From positions 195,693-259,692 of the forward strand of contig CAZRVK010000003.1 in NCBI GenBank assembly GCA_964603585.1: a stretch of DNA of 64,000 nucleotides. The letters run 5' to 3'. Under the pieces are notes generated by a model, which ran no database searches, was not told the DNA's origin, and was given only the letters and a program-made list of their open reading frames with translations. Both the position numbers and the translations under genes were made by a program. Shown piece by piece: positions 31,204 to 39,448 of this stretch; position 1 is the first letter of the stretch; the number at the start of each line of letters is the position of its first letter. The DNA is from an uncultured Planctomycetales bacterium. Its GTDB lineage: Bacteria > Omnitrophota > Gorgyraeia > Gygaellales > Profunditerraquicolaceae.

Positions 31204-31809
31204 TCAATTCCTTAGCCATACCCTTGATTTTAATACGGAACTCATGTTACTCCCTTTATTTGGGTTATTCCCGGTAATGATGATTTGTATGGAATTAGGG
31301 CTGTAAGTCAAGTTCGGCACCCCGGAGAACTCCACACATTTTATATTATTAGCTAATATCCTTTGTGAAAGCATTATTTTATCTGGGCCTAAGACCTTCC
31401 TAACCAATTGCCCGGTCGTCTTGCCCTCTGGAACGATTACTTCATAGGATATCCACTGGTTTTGTGCCAGGTCTGATCCCCAGATCAAACTGCCGGTAGT
31501 ATTTAACTGGACTTTTTGCCCGGAATAAAATGGCCGCTGAAAACGTATTCTTGAACCGGAGTAAGCGCGGATACCGGAATCATCCAGGATCTCGATATGT
31601 GCGGAGTTGCTAAGGCGTATCTCCTGTACCATGCGTTGCAACGCGGTCCTTGCTCCTTCTTGACTTTTGGTTTTAGCTTCTCCTATTTCCCATGAGGACA
31701 TCCCGATGCTGAAAATAGTGAATACCGCTCCTATTACGATAGCAAATATACTTACCGATACCATCGCTTCGATCAAGGTAAAACCTCTTTTTGGCCAGGT
31801 TTTTCTCAT
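31204..31809 (-). CDS. GspJ/PilW-like minor pseudopilin (prepilin N-terminal methylation domain)
   Basis: KRGFTLIEAMVSVSIFAIV class III signal peptide. 201 aa. Confidence 0.7.
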   Translation of the reverse strand: MRKTWPKRGFTLIEAMVSVSIFAIVIGAVFTIFSIGMSSWEIGEAKTKSQEGARTALQRMVQEIRLSNSAHIEILDDSGIRAYSGSRIRFQRPFYSGQKVQLNTTGSLIWGSDLAQNQWISYEVIVPEGKTTGQLVRKVLGPDKIMLSQRILANNIKCVEFSGVPNLTYSPNSIQIIITGNNPNKGSNMSSVLKSRVWLRN

Positions 31810-31812
31810 TTT

Positions 31813-32307
31813 TTAGTCCATGTTTACGATATCAGTTTGTATGAACGCCGGAGATTCCAGTTCGCCACTCGAATTGACCGTTTCCCCGGTATCGCTTATT
31901 CCATTTAAATTTAGATCCGTGCCTATTATGCGGTTGTTTGTATCTCTCCAGCAAACCAGTGTTCTTATCCGGTATATTTTAATAGGCCCAGTAATTTGTT
32001 TTACATAAGATACCCCTTTAAAATTGGAAAGTAAGGCGCCGTTGTCCGCGTAAACATTAAAACTCCGGTTATTATATTGTATAAGCTGATCGAAGGATAT
32101 CTTTTGTGTGTCATCAGTGGGGTGGGTATGCGATTTGATACGTTCCATTTGATCCTGGCAGGCGTTTATGGCTATGCCGAAATTATGGGTTCCACCGATC
32201 CCTTTAAGGTATTGGGAAACAAATGATATTGTTCCCGCAAAAGAGGTAGTGATCAGTGCCGTGGCGATCATGACCTCGATTAAGGTTATTCCTTTTTCTT
32301 TTTTCAT
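31813..32307 (-). CDS. GspI/PilV-like minor pseudopilin (start probably at M11, 32307; track ORF extends to 32337)
   Basis: KGITLIEVMIATALI prepilin motif with AGAAGGGA RBS before ATG 32307. ATG 32337 lies inside a terminator-like U-run. Confidence 0.65.
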   Translation of the reverse strand: MKKEKGITLIEVMIATALITTSFAGTISFVSQYLKGIGGTHNFGIAINACQDQMERIKSHTHPTDDTQKISFDQLIQYNNRSFNVYADNGALLSNFKGVSYVKQITGPIKIYRIRTLVCWRDTNNRIIGTDLNLNGISDTGETVNSSGELESPAFIQTDIVNMD

Positions 32308-32325
32308 TAATCCCTTCTTTCCATT

Positions 32326-32356
32326 AAAAAGCCCCATTCCTTATAAGGAGTGGGGC
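32326..32356 (-). terminator. intrinsic-terminator-like hairpin + U-run (in minus orientation) immediately upstream of the pseudopilin operon
   Basis: Minus strand reads GCCCCACUCCUUAUAAGGAAUGGGGC followed by UUUUUA. A second hairpin lies at 32363-32388 (AAACCCATA...TATGGGTTT). Confidence 0.5.
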
Positions 32357-32638
32357 AATAATAAAACCCATACTGATCTCTATGGGTTTAAGCTTAAAAG
32401 GGTATCTGATGTTCGGCAACTGGCTGCCATGACTAAATGTGTTTTTTAGCCTTAGGCCCTTTAGCTTTGCGTCCTATCCTTTAGGATAGTTTGCCCCAGC
32501 CATTTCTGGCGGCCCGTTCCTTGTTTAAAGGAACGGGTTTATCATGAATTGATATATATTTACAAATAAAGTATAACATATTGTAAATTCGTTTCAATGA
32601 CTATCGTTTAGGCTAAACCCCGGAGGAACAAAAAGTAT

Positions 32639-32648
32639 GGGGGGGGGG
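32639..32648. repeat. G10 homopolymer tract (C10 on minus strand) in the ppiD-like/pseudopilin intergenic region
   Basis: gtatgggggggggggaatatc read from the sequence. Unusual for this ~40% GC window. Confidence 0.8.
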
Positions 32649-32705
32649 AATATCGCAAATAATTATGTGTCAATATGTTGTGTAACGGTTATTATAAATA
32701 TAAGG

Positions 32706-34127
32706 TTATCGCGGAGTTAGCGCATAGGGCCTGGCGTTTTTTTGTAATTCATCGATTAACTTGAGGAATTTCTCTTTTTTCTTTTGGGATAGCAGTTTAT
32801 CGGTAAATTCTTCTTTTTCGGCTTGAAATTTCTTGTCATCAAAAGGTGTGATCGATTTTAATTTAATAATGTAAAGCCCCGCGGGCATTTCTATAATATC
32901 ACTGTGTTTATCTTTTTCCAGGCCATGAGCAACCAGCCAGAATTTATCTGAAGCCCCGATCCCTTCAATATAGCTGGAATATTTGAACATACCGGTTGAG
33001 CCGGCCTTTAATTCATATTCTTTTGCGGCTTTTTCAAAGGTTGTCAGGTTCTTAAAGCATTGATCCATTTTCTCCCGCGCTAAGGTTTTTGATTTTGTGG
33101 CCAAAAAAGCTTCTTTTACCCTTTCCTTGACAGAGGTGAATTCTGGGATATAAGGCTCTTTTCTTTCTTTGACGCGCAAGATGTAATATGCGTTGTCCAT
33201 ACGCAAGGGGGGAAGGTACTGGCCTGTTTTTAATCCGGTAAGCATATTTAATACCGGGGTTGCCCATCCGATCCCCGGGATCGGCCCGGTTTCCGGGAAA
33301 AAACCTGTTTCTTTGATGGCTAAGGAGTTTTCTTTGGCTACCTCTGTAAAAGGGGATTTTTTGTTCAGTTTGGCGTATATTTTATTTATTTTATCTTTGG
33401 CGGATTTTTCGTCTTTATCCGGTAAAACAAATTCTACGTATTCCAAATTGAAAGAAAGAGGAAGCCTGAACTGCAGAGTGTTCTTAAGGAAATAATCATT
33501 GATCTGGTCATCATTTACGGAAATGGTCTTTGAAATATCGCTGTAGATAGCGGCGATATAATCGATGCTTAATTCCTGGGTGCTTTCTTTATATTTTTCT
33601 TCGACTTCTTTATCGGTTGTTTTTATATCACGGGTCACGTCCTTATAAAGCTTGGCAATGAGGAGGTTCTGGCGGGTTTCTTCTTCAAATACCCTTGGTT
33701 GGGTATGGAAGACGAAGTTGACCATCTGGTTGTATATACGGTTATCAAAAACCCCTTTATTTGCAAAAAATGGGTAACTTTCGATCTGCGTAATCACCTC
33801 TTTATCGGTTACGCTTAAACGGCGCTTTTTTGCTTCAGCAAGCAATACCAGCCTTTCCCAGGCCTGTGCCTCCAGCCCAAGAGATTTCTCGATCTCATAG
33901 AAGTTCTCGCCGAACTGCATCAAACCCTGGTTCTTTACTGCGTTCAAGGAGTCACGGAACTCTATCGGGGTGATCCTTTTCCCGGAGATAACCCCGGTTA
34001 TTTGGACCGTTTTTTTATCTCCGATCATGCTTGCCGAGCCCCAAAGGACAAAGGCAGGCAAAACTAATATTGCTAAGACGATCCAGATCTTTTTGGCTGT
34101 TTTTTTATTGCGTAATTTGTTTAGCAT
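32706..34127 (-). CDS. periplasmic chaperone / peptidyl-prolyl isomerase of the PpiD/SurA family (tentative)
   Basis: N-terminal membrane anchor plus SurA_N-like region. 473 aa. Family-level call only. Confidence 0.5.
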   Translation of the reverse strand: MLNKLRNKKTAKKIWIVLAILVLPAFVLWGSASMIGDKKTVQITGVISGKRITPIEFRDSLNAVKNQGLMQFGENFYEIEKSLGLEAQAWERLVLLAEAKKRRLSVTDKEVITQIESYPFFANKGVFDNRIYNQMVNFVFHTQPRVFEEETRQNLLIAKLYKDVTRDIKTTDKEVEEKYKESTQELSIDYIAAIYSDISKTISVNDDQINDYFLKNTLQFRLPLSFNLEYVEFVLPDKDEKSAKDKINKIYAKLNKKSPFTEVAKENSLAIKETGFFPETGPIPGIGWATPVLNMLTGLKTGQYLPPLRMDNAYYILRVKERKEPYIPEFTSVKERVKEAFLATKSKTLAREKMDQCFKNLTTFEKAAKEYELKAGSTGMFKYSSYIEGIGASDKFWLVAHGLEKDKHSDIIEMPAGLYIIKLKSITPFDDKKFQAEKEEFTDKLLSQKKKEKFLKLIDELQKNARPYALTPR

Positions 34128-34431
34128 CGAAAGTCTCCTTATGGAATAAGTTAGAATTACCGGTTATAGACTTCCATTATAGTCAAAAACCCAGATATTA
34201 CAAACAAAAATACGGGGTTGGTATTGATTTATTGCAGGGGATGGTCGCGACCATCCCCTACAGATGCGATGGTTTTCTTCGTAGGAATACCGAAAGACAC
34301 GGATTGCGGGAGAAGTTAGAATATCAGGTTTTGTTGATATTTTCGCTTTACAAACCAATATTACCCCTGTATAATTATTTCCTGCGTTAAACATAAAAGG
34401 CTATCTTGATCAGTAAAGGCATCGCAAGAAT

Positions 34432-35316
34432 ATGAAGAAAAAGGTATTAAAATTAGGTTTACCTAAAGGGAGCTTGCAGGAATCTACCTTTAAGATGTTC
34501 AAAAAGGCGGGATTCAATATCTCGTTATCCTCATCGCGGTCGTATTTTCCCGCGATAGATGACCCGGAGATAGAACCGGTTTTGTTGCGTGCCCAGGAAA
34601 TGTCGCGTTATGTCGCTGATGGCGCTTTGGATTGCGGGATTACCGGCAATGACTGGATATTAGAAAATGGGTCTTCTGTCGTCAGGGTAACGGATTTGAT
34701 TTATGCCAAACAAGGCTTGAATAAGGTCCGGTGGGTCTTAGCAGTCCCGCAGGACTCCGGATTTAAGTCTATCAAGGACCTTCAAGGCAAAAGGATTGCC
34801 ACGGAGTTGGTAAATGTCACTAAAAATTATTTTAAGAAACATAAGGTGAATGTGGATGTAGAATTCAGCTGGGGTGCGACAGAGGTAAAAGTCAGCTCTG
34901 GACTCGTAGATGCGATTGTGGAGTTGACGGAGACCGGCAGCAGCCTTAGGGCGAACAGACTGGTAGAAATTGGCACGCTCTGTGAATCCACGACTCAATT
35001 TATTGCTAATAAGGCTTCTTATAAGGACAGCTGGAAGAAGAATAAAATGGAAGAGATCGCGGTTTTATTGAAAGGTGCGATTGAGGCAGAGGTAAAAGTC
35101 GGGTTAAAGATGAATGTCAGGAAAGCCGACCTTAACCGTGTGCTTGCCTGTTTACCGGCGTTAAAAAAACCCACGATTTCCGGGCTTTCCCAGGATGGTT
35201 GGTTTGCCTTAGAGACGATCATTGATGAGAAGGTAGTTCGTTTGTTAATCCCGGCGTTAAAGAAGGCCGGGGCTGAAGGAATAATTGAATATCCGTTGAA
35301 CAAAGTTATTTATTAA
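34432..35316 (+). CDS. hisG: ATP phosphoribosyltransferase, long form
   Basis: [15 protein letters not shown]-terminus with a C-terminal regulatory domain. 294 aa. Confidence 0.9.
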   Translation: MKKKVLKLGLPKGSLQESTFKMFKKAGFNISLSSSRSYFPAIDDPEIEPVLLRAQEMSRYVADGALDCGITGNDWILENGSSVVRVTDLIYAKQGLNKVRWVLAVPQDSGFKSIKDLQGKRIATELVNVTKNYFKKHKVNVDVEFSWGATEVKVSSGLVDAIVELTETGSSLRANRLVEIGTLCESTTQFIANKASYKDSWKKNKMEEIAVLLKGAIEAEVKVGLKMNVRKADLNRVLACLPALKKPTISGLSQDGWFALETIIDEKVVRLLIPALKKAGAEGIIEYPLNKVIY

Positions 35317-35389
35317 AGACTACACAGTTTGGTATATATGCATTTTTTTATGAACTGTGAATTTCCATCGTTACTAAAGGAGTCATAAT

Positions 35390-35491
35390 ATGCCTTGTGG
35401 CAAAAAAAGAAAAAGACAGAAGATCAGGACGCATAAACGCAAGAAAATGCGTCGTCGCCTTCGTCATATAAAGAAGAGAGCCTGGGCCTAA
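35390..35491 (+). CDS. 33-aa highly basic peptide, ribosomal protein bS22-like (not in ORF track)
   Basis: ATG 35390 is preceded by AAAGGAG 7 nt upstream. MPCGKKRKRQKIRTHKRKKMRRRLRHIKKRAWA has ~60% Lys/Arg and resembles the bS22/AURKAIP1-like family. Confidence 0.45.
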   Translation: MPCGKKRKRQKIRTHKRKKMRRRLRHIKKRAWA

Positions 35492-35516
35492 TCAGCTTAC
35501 CATAAAGTAAAGCGTA

Positions 35517-36503
35517 ATGAATAAGCTTAATAAATTCCCTCTTAAGGGAGTGGTTATGTGCCTTGGGCTATCTCTTTTGATTGTGGCTGATAGCCTGGCT
35601 TTTGATAAAAAGGCCTCAAATGTATTGAGCCATTATATTATGGCTTCAATGTATGACCGGCTTGGGCAGATAGATTTAGCGGTTGGTGAATATAAACAGG
35701 CATTAAAACTTGATTTTGATAATCAGGTACTTCATTTAAACCTTGCCTCTCTTTATATAAGAAAAAATGAGCTTAACGCTGCAGTAAACGAGCTTAGCCA
35801 GGCGATCCATCTTGATCCTGAATCAGTAGAGCCGCATGCGATCTTGGGCCTGGTGTATTCTTTTCAGGAAAAACCTGATGCCGCCAGCCGTGAATATGAA
35901 ACCGCCCTGCAAAATGCTTCAAAGATCGATCCCAAGAACGTAGAGATCTATAAAGGTCTGGGGCTTATCTATCTGCGGCAAAAGAAAATGAGCGCTGCGG
36001 AAAATGCTTACCGGCTGGCTTTGGAGATCTCACCCAATGACCCGGATTCGCATTTTTATCTGGGCAGTATCCATTATGAACAAAAGAAAACTGCCCTTGC
36101 CGAACGTGAATTAAAACTGGCGATCGAGTTAAATCCCGATTATCATGAGGCATTGAATTATTTGGGGTATATTTATGTCGAAGAGAACCGTAATCTGGCA
36201 CAAGCGGAGAAGATGATCCGCCGGGCTTTGGAGTTAGAGCCGGAGAACGGGGCTTATCTTGACAGTTTAGGATGGTTTTATTATAAGAAAGGCCAGATCA
36301 AGGAATCAAAGGAATATCTTGAAAGAGCGATTCAGTTCTTAGATGACCCGGTGATCTATGACCATTTAGGTGATGTTTACTTGAGGTTTGGTGATCCACA
36401 GCAGGCAAAGATCAATTGGCAAAAATCATTGGATCTTGATAAAGAACAAAAAAACGTCAAGGACAAGATCGAAGAACTGGATAAAATCAAGGCGGCAAAA
36501 TAA
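35517..36503 (+). CDS. TPR-repeat protein with signal peptide
   Basis: Multiple 34-residue TPR units (AxxxYxxAL...P patterns). Confidence 0.8.
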   Translation: MNKLNKFPLKGVVMCLGLSLLIVADSLAFDKKASNVLSHYIMASMYDRLGQIDLAVGEYKQALKLDFDNQVLHLNLASLYIRKNELNAAVNELSQAIHLDPESVEPHAILGLVYSFQEKPDAASREYETALQNASKIDPKNVEIYKGLGLIYLRQKKMSAAENAYRLALEISPNDPDSHFYLGSIHYEQKKTALAERELKLAIELNPDYHEALNYLGYIYVEENRNLAQAEKMIRRALELEPENGAYLDSLGWFYYKKGQIKESKEYLERAIQFLDDPVIYDHLGDVYLRFGDPQQAKINWQKSLDLDKEQKNVKDKIEELDKIKAAK

Positions 36504-36543
36504 AAGGTGTTTATCCTCTTTAAGTTTAATATCCTTAATCAAA

Positions 36544-37365
36544 ATGCAATATAGCGATCAACAAATAAAAGAATTAGAATCTAAAGCAAAACAGATCCGG
36601 CGGGATATAGTCGCAATGATCGCTTCTGCTGGTTCGGGGCATCCCGGCGGGAGCCTTTCTGCTACGGACCTGATCACGGCTTTATTCTTTGCGGAATTGC
36701 GGATCAATCCCCAGGAGCCTTCTTGGCCTGACCGGGACCGGTTTCATATGTCAAAAGGCCATTGTTGCCCTTTGTGGTATTCGGTATTATCGGAAAGAGG
36801 GTATTTTCCTAAAGAAAAGTTGATGACTTTAAGGCGTTTGGGATCAATGTTACAGGGCCATCCCGACAGGAGGACTCCCGGAGTTGAAGTGGCTTCGGGT
36901 TCTCTGGGGCAGGGCCTTTCTATTGCCTTAGGGATAAGCCTTGCCTTACGGCTGGATAAAAAAGATTCCCGTGTTTATGTGTTGATGGGTGACGGTGAAG
37001 TCCAGGAGGGCAATATCTGGGAGGCGGCTATGGCCTGTGCCCATTATAAGTGCGATAATTTGTGTGCCATACTGGATTATAACGGTTTTCAGATCGACGG
37101 CCGGACATGTGCGGTAATGAATCTTGAGCCGATGGCGGCAAAATGGCAGGCATTTGGCTGGCACACCATCGAGATAGATGGGCATAATATGCGTGAGATC
37201 TTATCAGCCTATGACCAGGCCAAGTCAATAAAGGCCAAGCCCAGTATTATCATTGCCCGGACCACAAAAGGAAAAGGTGTTTCTTTCATGGAAAATGTCT
37301 GTGAATTTCATGGCCGCGCGCCGTCAAAAGAAGAAGCGCAAAAGGCTTTGAAAGAACTGGAATAA
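36544..37365 (+). CDS. transketolase, N-terminal (TPP-binding) subunit of a split transketolase
   Basis: SGHPGGSLSATD motif and GDGEVQEGNIWEA. ATG at 36544. The track ORF from 36388 is an upstream extension. Confidence 0.88.
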   Translation: MQYSDQQIKELESKAKQIRRDIVAMIASAGSGHPGGSLSATDLITALFFAELRINPQEPSWPDRDRFHMSKGHCCPLWYSVLSERGYFPKEKLMTLRRLGSMLQGHPDRRTPGVEVASGSLGQGLSIALGISLALRLDKKDSRVYVLMGDGEVQEGNIWEAAMACAHYKCDNLCAILDYNGFQIDGRTCAVMNLEPMAAKWQAFGWHTIEIDGHNMREILSAYDQAKSIKAKPSIIIARTTKGKGVSFMENVCEFHGRAPSKEEAQKALKELE

Positions 37366-37370
37366 TCAAT

Positions 37371-38297
37371 ATGGAACAATTATATCAACGCGATGTATAC
37401 GGCCAGACGCTGGTTGAATTAGGCAGAGCCAATAAAGATATTGTGGTTTTGGATGCAGACCTGTCAAGCTCTACGCGCACCGGGTTGTTCGCTAAGGAGT
37501 TTCCCGACAGGTTTTTTAATTTTGGCGTAGCAGAGCAGAACATGATGGCTACTGCCGCAGGTTTTGCCAGTTGCGGCAAGACAGTTTTTCTTTCTACATT
37601 TGCCATATTTGCTACTGGACGTGCCTGGGATCAGGTGCGCAATACTGTCAGCTATAATAATTTCAATGTTAAGATCGTGGCGACCCATGCCGGTGTTAGT
37701 GTTGGCCCGGATGGTTCAAGCCATCAGGCATTGGAAGATATTGCCTTGATGCGCGTGATACCGAATATGAAAGTATTGGTTCCTGCCGATGGCCCGCAAA
37801 CCCGCGAAGCGGTGAAAGCCGCTTTAAATACTAAAGGCCCTTTTTATGTGCGCTTAGGCCGGTCAAAAGTTCCTACGTTGGATAATTTGGGGGAATTTAA
37901 ATTAGGCAAGGCGCAGATCTTGACCCAGGGCAATGATATTACGATCATCGCTTGCGGCATTCTTCTTGAGCAGGCGATTTTGGCCGCCAAGAGCTTATTG
38001 GAAAAAGGTATTCGATCCAGAGTAATTAATATTCATACTATTAAGCCTTTGGATGAAGAGGCGGTTTTGGCTGCGGCTAGAGAGACTAAAGGGATAGTAG
38101 TTTGCGAAGAGCATTCCGTTATTGGCGGGCTTGCTTCCAGTGTGGATGAGGTTGTAGCGGAAAATTCCCCGGTCAAAGTAGTGCGTGTGGGAATAAAGAA
38201 CAGGTATGGTCAGTCCGGGGAACCAGCGGAGTTATTTAAAGAATATAACCTTACCAGTTTGGATATAGAAAAAGCGGTTTTGCGCATCCTTTCCTAA
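37371..38297 (+). CDS. transketolase, C-terminal (pyrimidine-binding) subunit
   Basis: FNFGVAEQNMMATAAGFA and THAGVSVGPDGSSHQALEDIALMR motifs. Confidence 0.88.
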   Translation: MEQLYQRDVYGQTLVELGRANKDIVVLDADLSSSTRTGLFAKEFPDRFFNFGVAEQNMMATAAGFASCGKTVFLSTFAIFATGRAWDQVRNTVSYNNFNVKIVATHAGVSVGPDGSSHQALEDIALMRVIPNMKVLVPADGPQTREAVKAALNTKGPFYVRLGRSKVPTLDNLGEFKLGKAQILTQGNDITIIACGILLEQAILAAKSLLEKGIRSRVINIHTIKPLDEEAVLAAARETKGIVVCEEHSVIGGLASSVDEVVAENSPVKVVRVGIKNRYGQSGEPAELFKEYNLTSLDIEKAVLRILS

Positions 38298-39182
38298 GTG
38301 AATAAAGTAGTAATCCAATCCTACGCGAAAGTAAATCTTTATCTTAAACTTCTCAATAAGCGAAAAGACAATTATCATAACCTCAAGACCATTTTTGAAA
38401 GGATCAGTCTTTGTGACAGGATCATTCTGACCAGGAGAAAAGATCTGCAGATTAAGGTTATTTCAGGGTCACCGGATATCCCAAAGGACTCTTCCAATTT
38501 AGTTTTTAAAAGCGCTAAATTACTGCAGGATGAATTACGCCTTGACCAGGGCGTAAATATCAGGATCATTAAACATATCCCGGTAGGAGGGGGATTGGGT
38601 GGTGGTTCTAGTAATGCCGCCAGTGTGTTGCTGGGATTGAATAAGCTCTGGGGTTTGAATTTGACCCAGAAACGTTTGGCCGGTTTTGCCGCTAAAATCG
38701 GCAGTGATGCGGCATTTTTCATTTATAATACCCCATTTGCATTAGGTACCTGCAGGGGGGAGAAAATAACGCCGATAAGGCCGCTTTCTCGTAAACGTTT
38801 TTGGCATGTTCTGGCGGTTTGCAAAACGCAGGTATCTACGCCTCTTATATATGCGGCCTGGGATAGGTTGCGTGCCGGAAAGCCCAGGTTGACAACGGCT
38901 AAATCTAATGCTAAACTACTAATTTCGGCATTAAAGAAAAGCGATATTGGCCTGATCCAAAAAGGGTTATTCAATGATTTAGAGCCGGTTACCTTTGGTT
39001 TGTATCCAGAGGTGTTTCAGGTTAAGGAGAGCTTTTATAATTTAGGGGTCAAACCGGTTTTGATGTCCGGAAGCGGAGCGGCTGTGTTTGCAATAACTTC
39101 ATCCCGGTTTCAGGCGGTTTCTTTGTGTAAGGAACTGAAAAGGCGTAAGGGATTGCGGGTTTTTATCGCTCGGACGGTTTGA
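38298..39182 (+). CDS. ispE: 4-diphosphocytidyl-2-C-methyl-D-erythritol kinase
   Basis: GTG start. AKVNLYLKLL and GGGLGGGSSNAA GHMP-kinase motifs. Confidence 0.85.
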   Translation: MNKVVIQSYAKVNLYLKLLNKRKDNYHNLKTIFERISLCDRIILTRRKDLQIKVISGSPDIPKDSSNLVFKSAKLLQDELRLDQGVNIRIIKHIPVGGGLGGGSSNAASVLLGLNKLWGLNLTQKRLAGFAAKIGSDAAFFIYNTPFALGTCRGEKITPIRPLSRKRFWHVLAVCKTQVSTPLIYAAWDRLRAGKPRLTTAKSNAKLLISALKKSDIGLIQKGLFNDLEPVTFGLYPEVFQVKESFYNLGVKPVLMSGSGAAVFAITSSRFQAVSLCKELKRRKGLRVFIARTV

Positions 39183-39346
39183 TATATCAAGTAGCTCATA
39201 ATGATCTTATGGTATTTTGGGATGCCGTCTTCCGCCCATGATCTTACGTGTAGGTGGAATCCCGTATCGGGTAGTTAACGGGTAATTGCGGGACAATGGT
39301 AGAATAGGTGGTTTTAACGCTCTGTGACTAAGAAATAATGAATTAT

Positions 39347-39417
39347 TGGGACGTCGTCCAATGGTAGGACTCGAGAATTTGGATCTCGCTATTGTGGTTC
39401 GACTCCACACGTCCCAG
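39347..39417 (+). tRNA. tRNA-Gln (anticodon UUG)
   Basis: Manual fold: U1:A72 7-bp acceptor, GTCC/GGAC D-stem, CGAGA-AUUUGGA-UCUCG anticodon arm, TGTGG-TTCGACT-CCACA T-arm, discriminator G73. U1:A72 with G73 is typical of bacterial tRNA-Gln. Confidence 0.85.
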
Positions 39418-39448
39418 ATTATTTATTAAATTCAAGGTGAGGGAGATT

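Noticed and set aside
32168-32449. 93-aa + ORF in the pseudopilin upstream region
   Set aside because: It overlaps the minus-strand pilin start and the hairpin elements, has a low-complexity Pro/Phe-rich translation and no RBS.
34031-34394. Overlapping + and - ORFs (119 aa and 76 aa) in the ppiD-like/hisG intergenic region
   Set aside because: The region holds a perfect palindrome (AGGGGATGGTCGCGACCATCCCCT, about 34236-34259) and promoter-like AT-rich sequence. The ORFs lack RBSs and recognisable motifs.
39183-39346. Possible second tRNA or small RNA in the 165 nt between ispE and tRNA-Gln
   Set aside because: I could not fold it into a cloverleaf. No acceptor-stem complementarity or T-loop GTTC motif is present.
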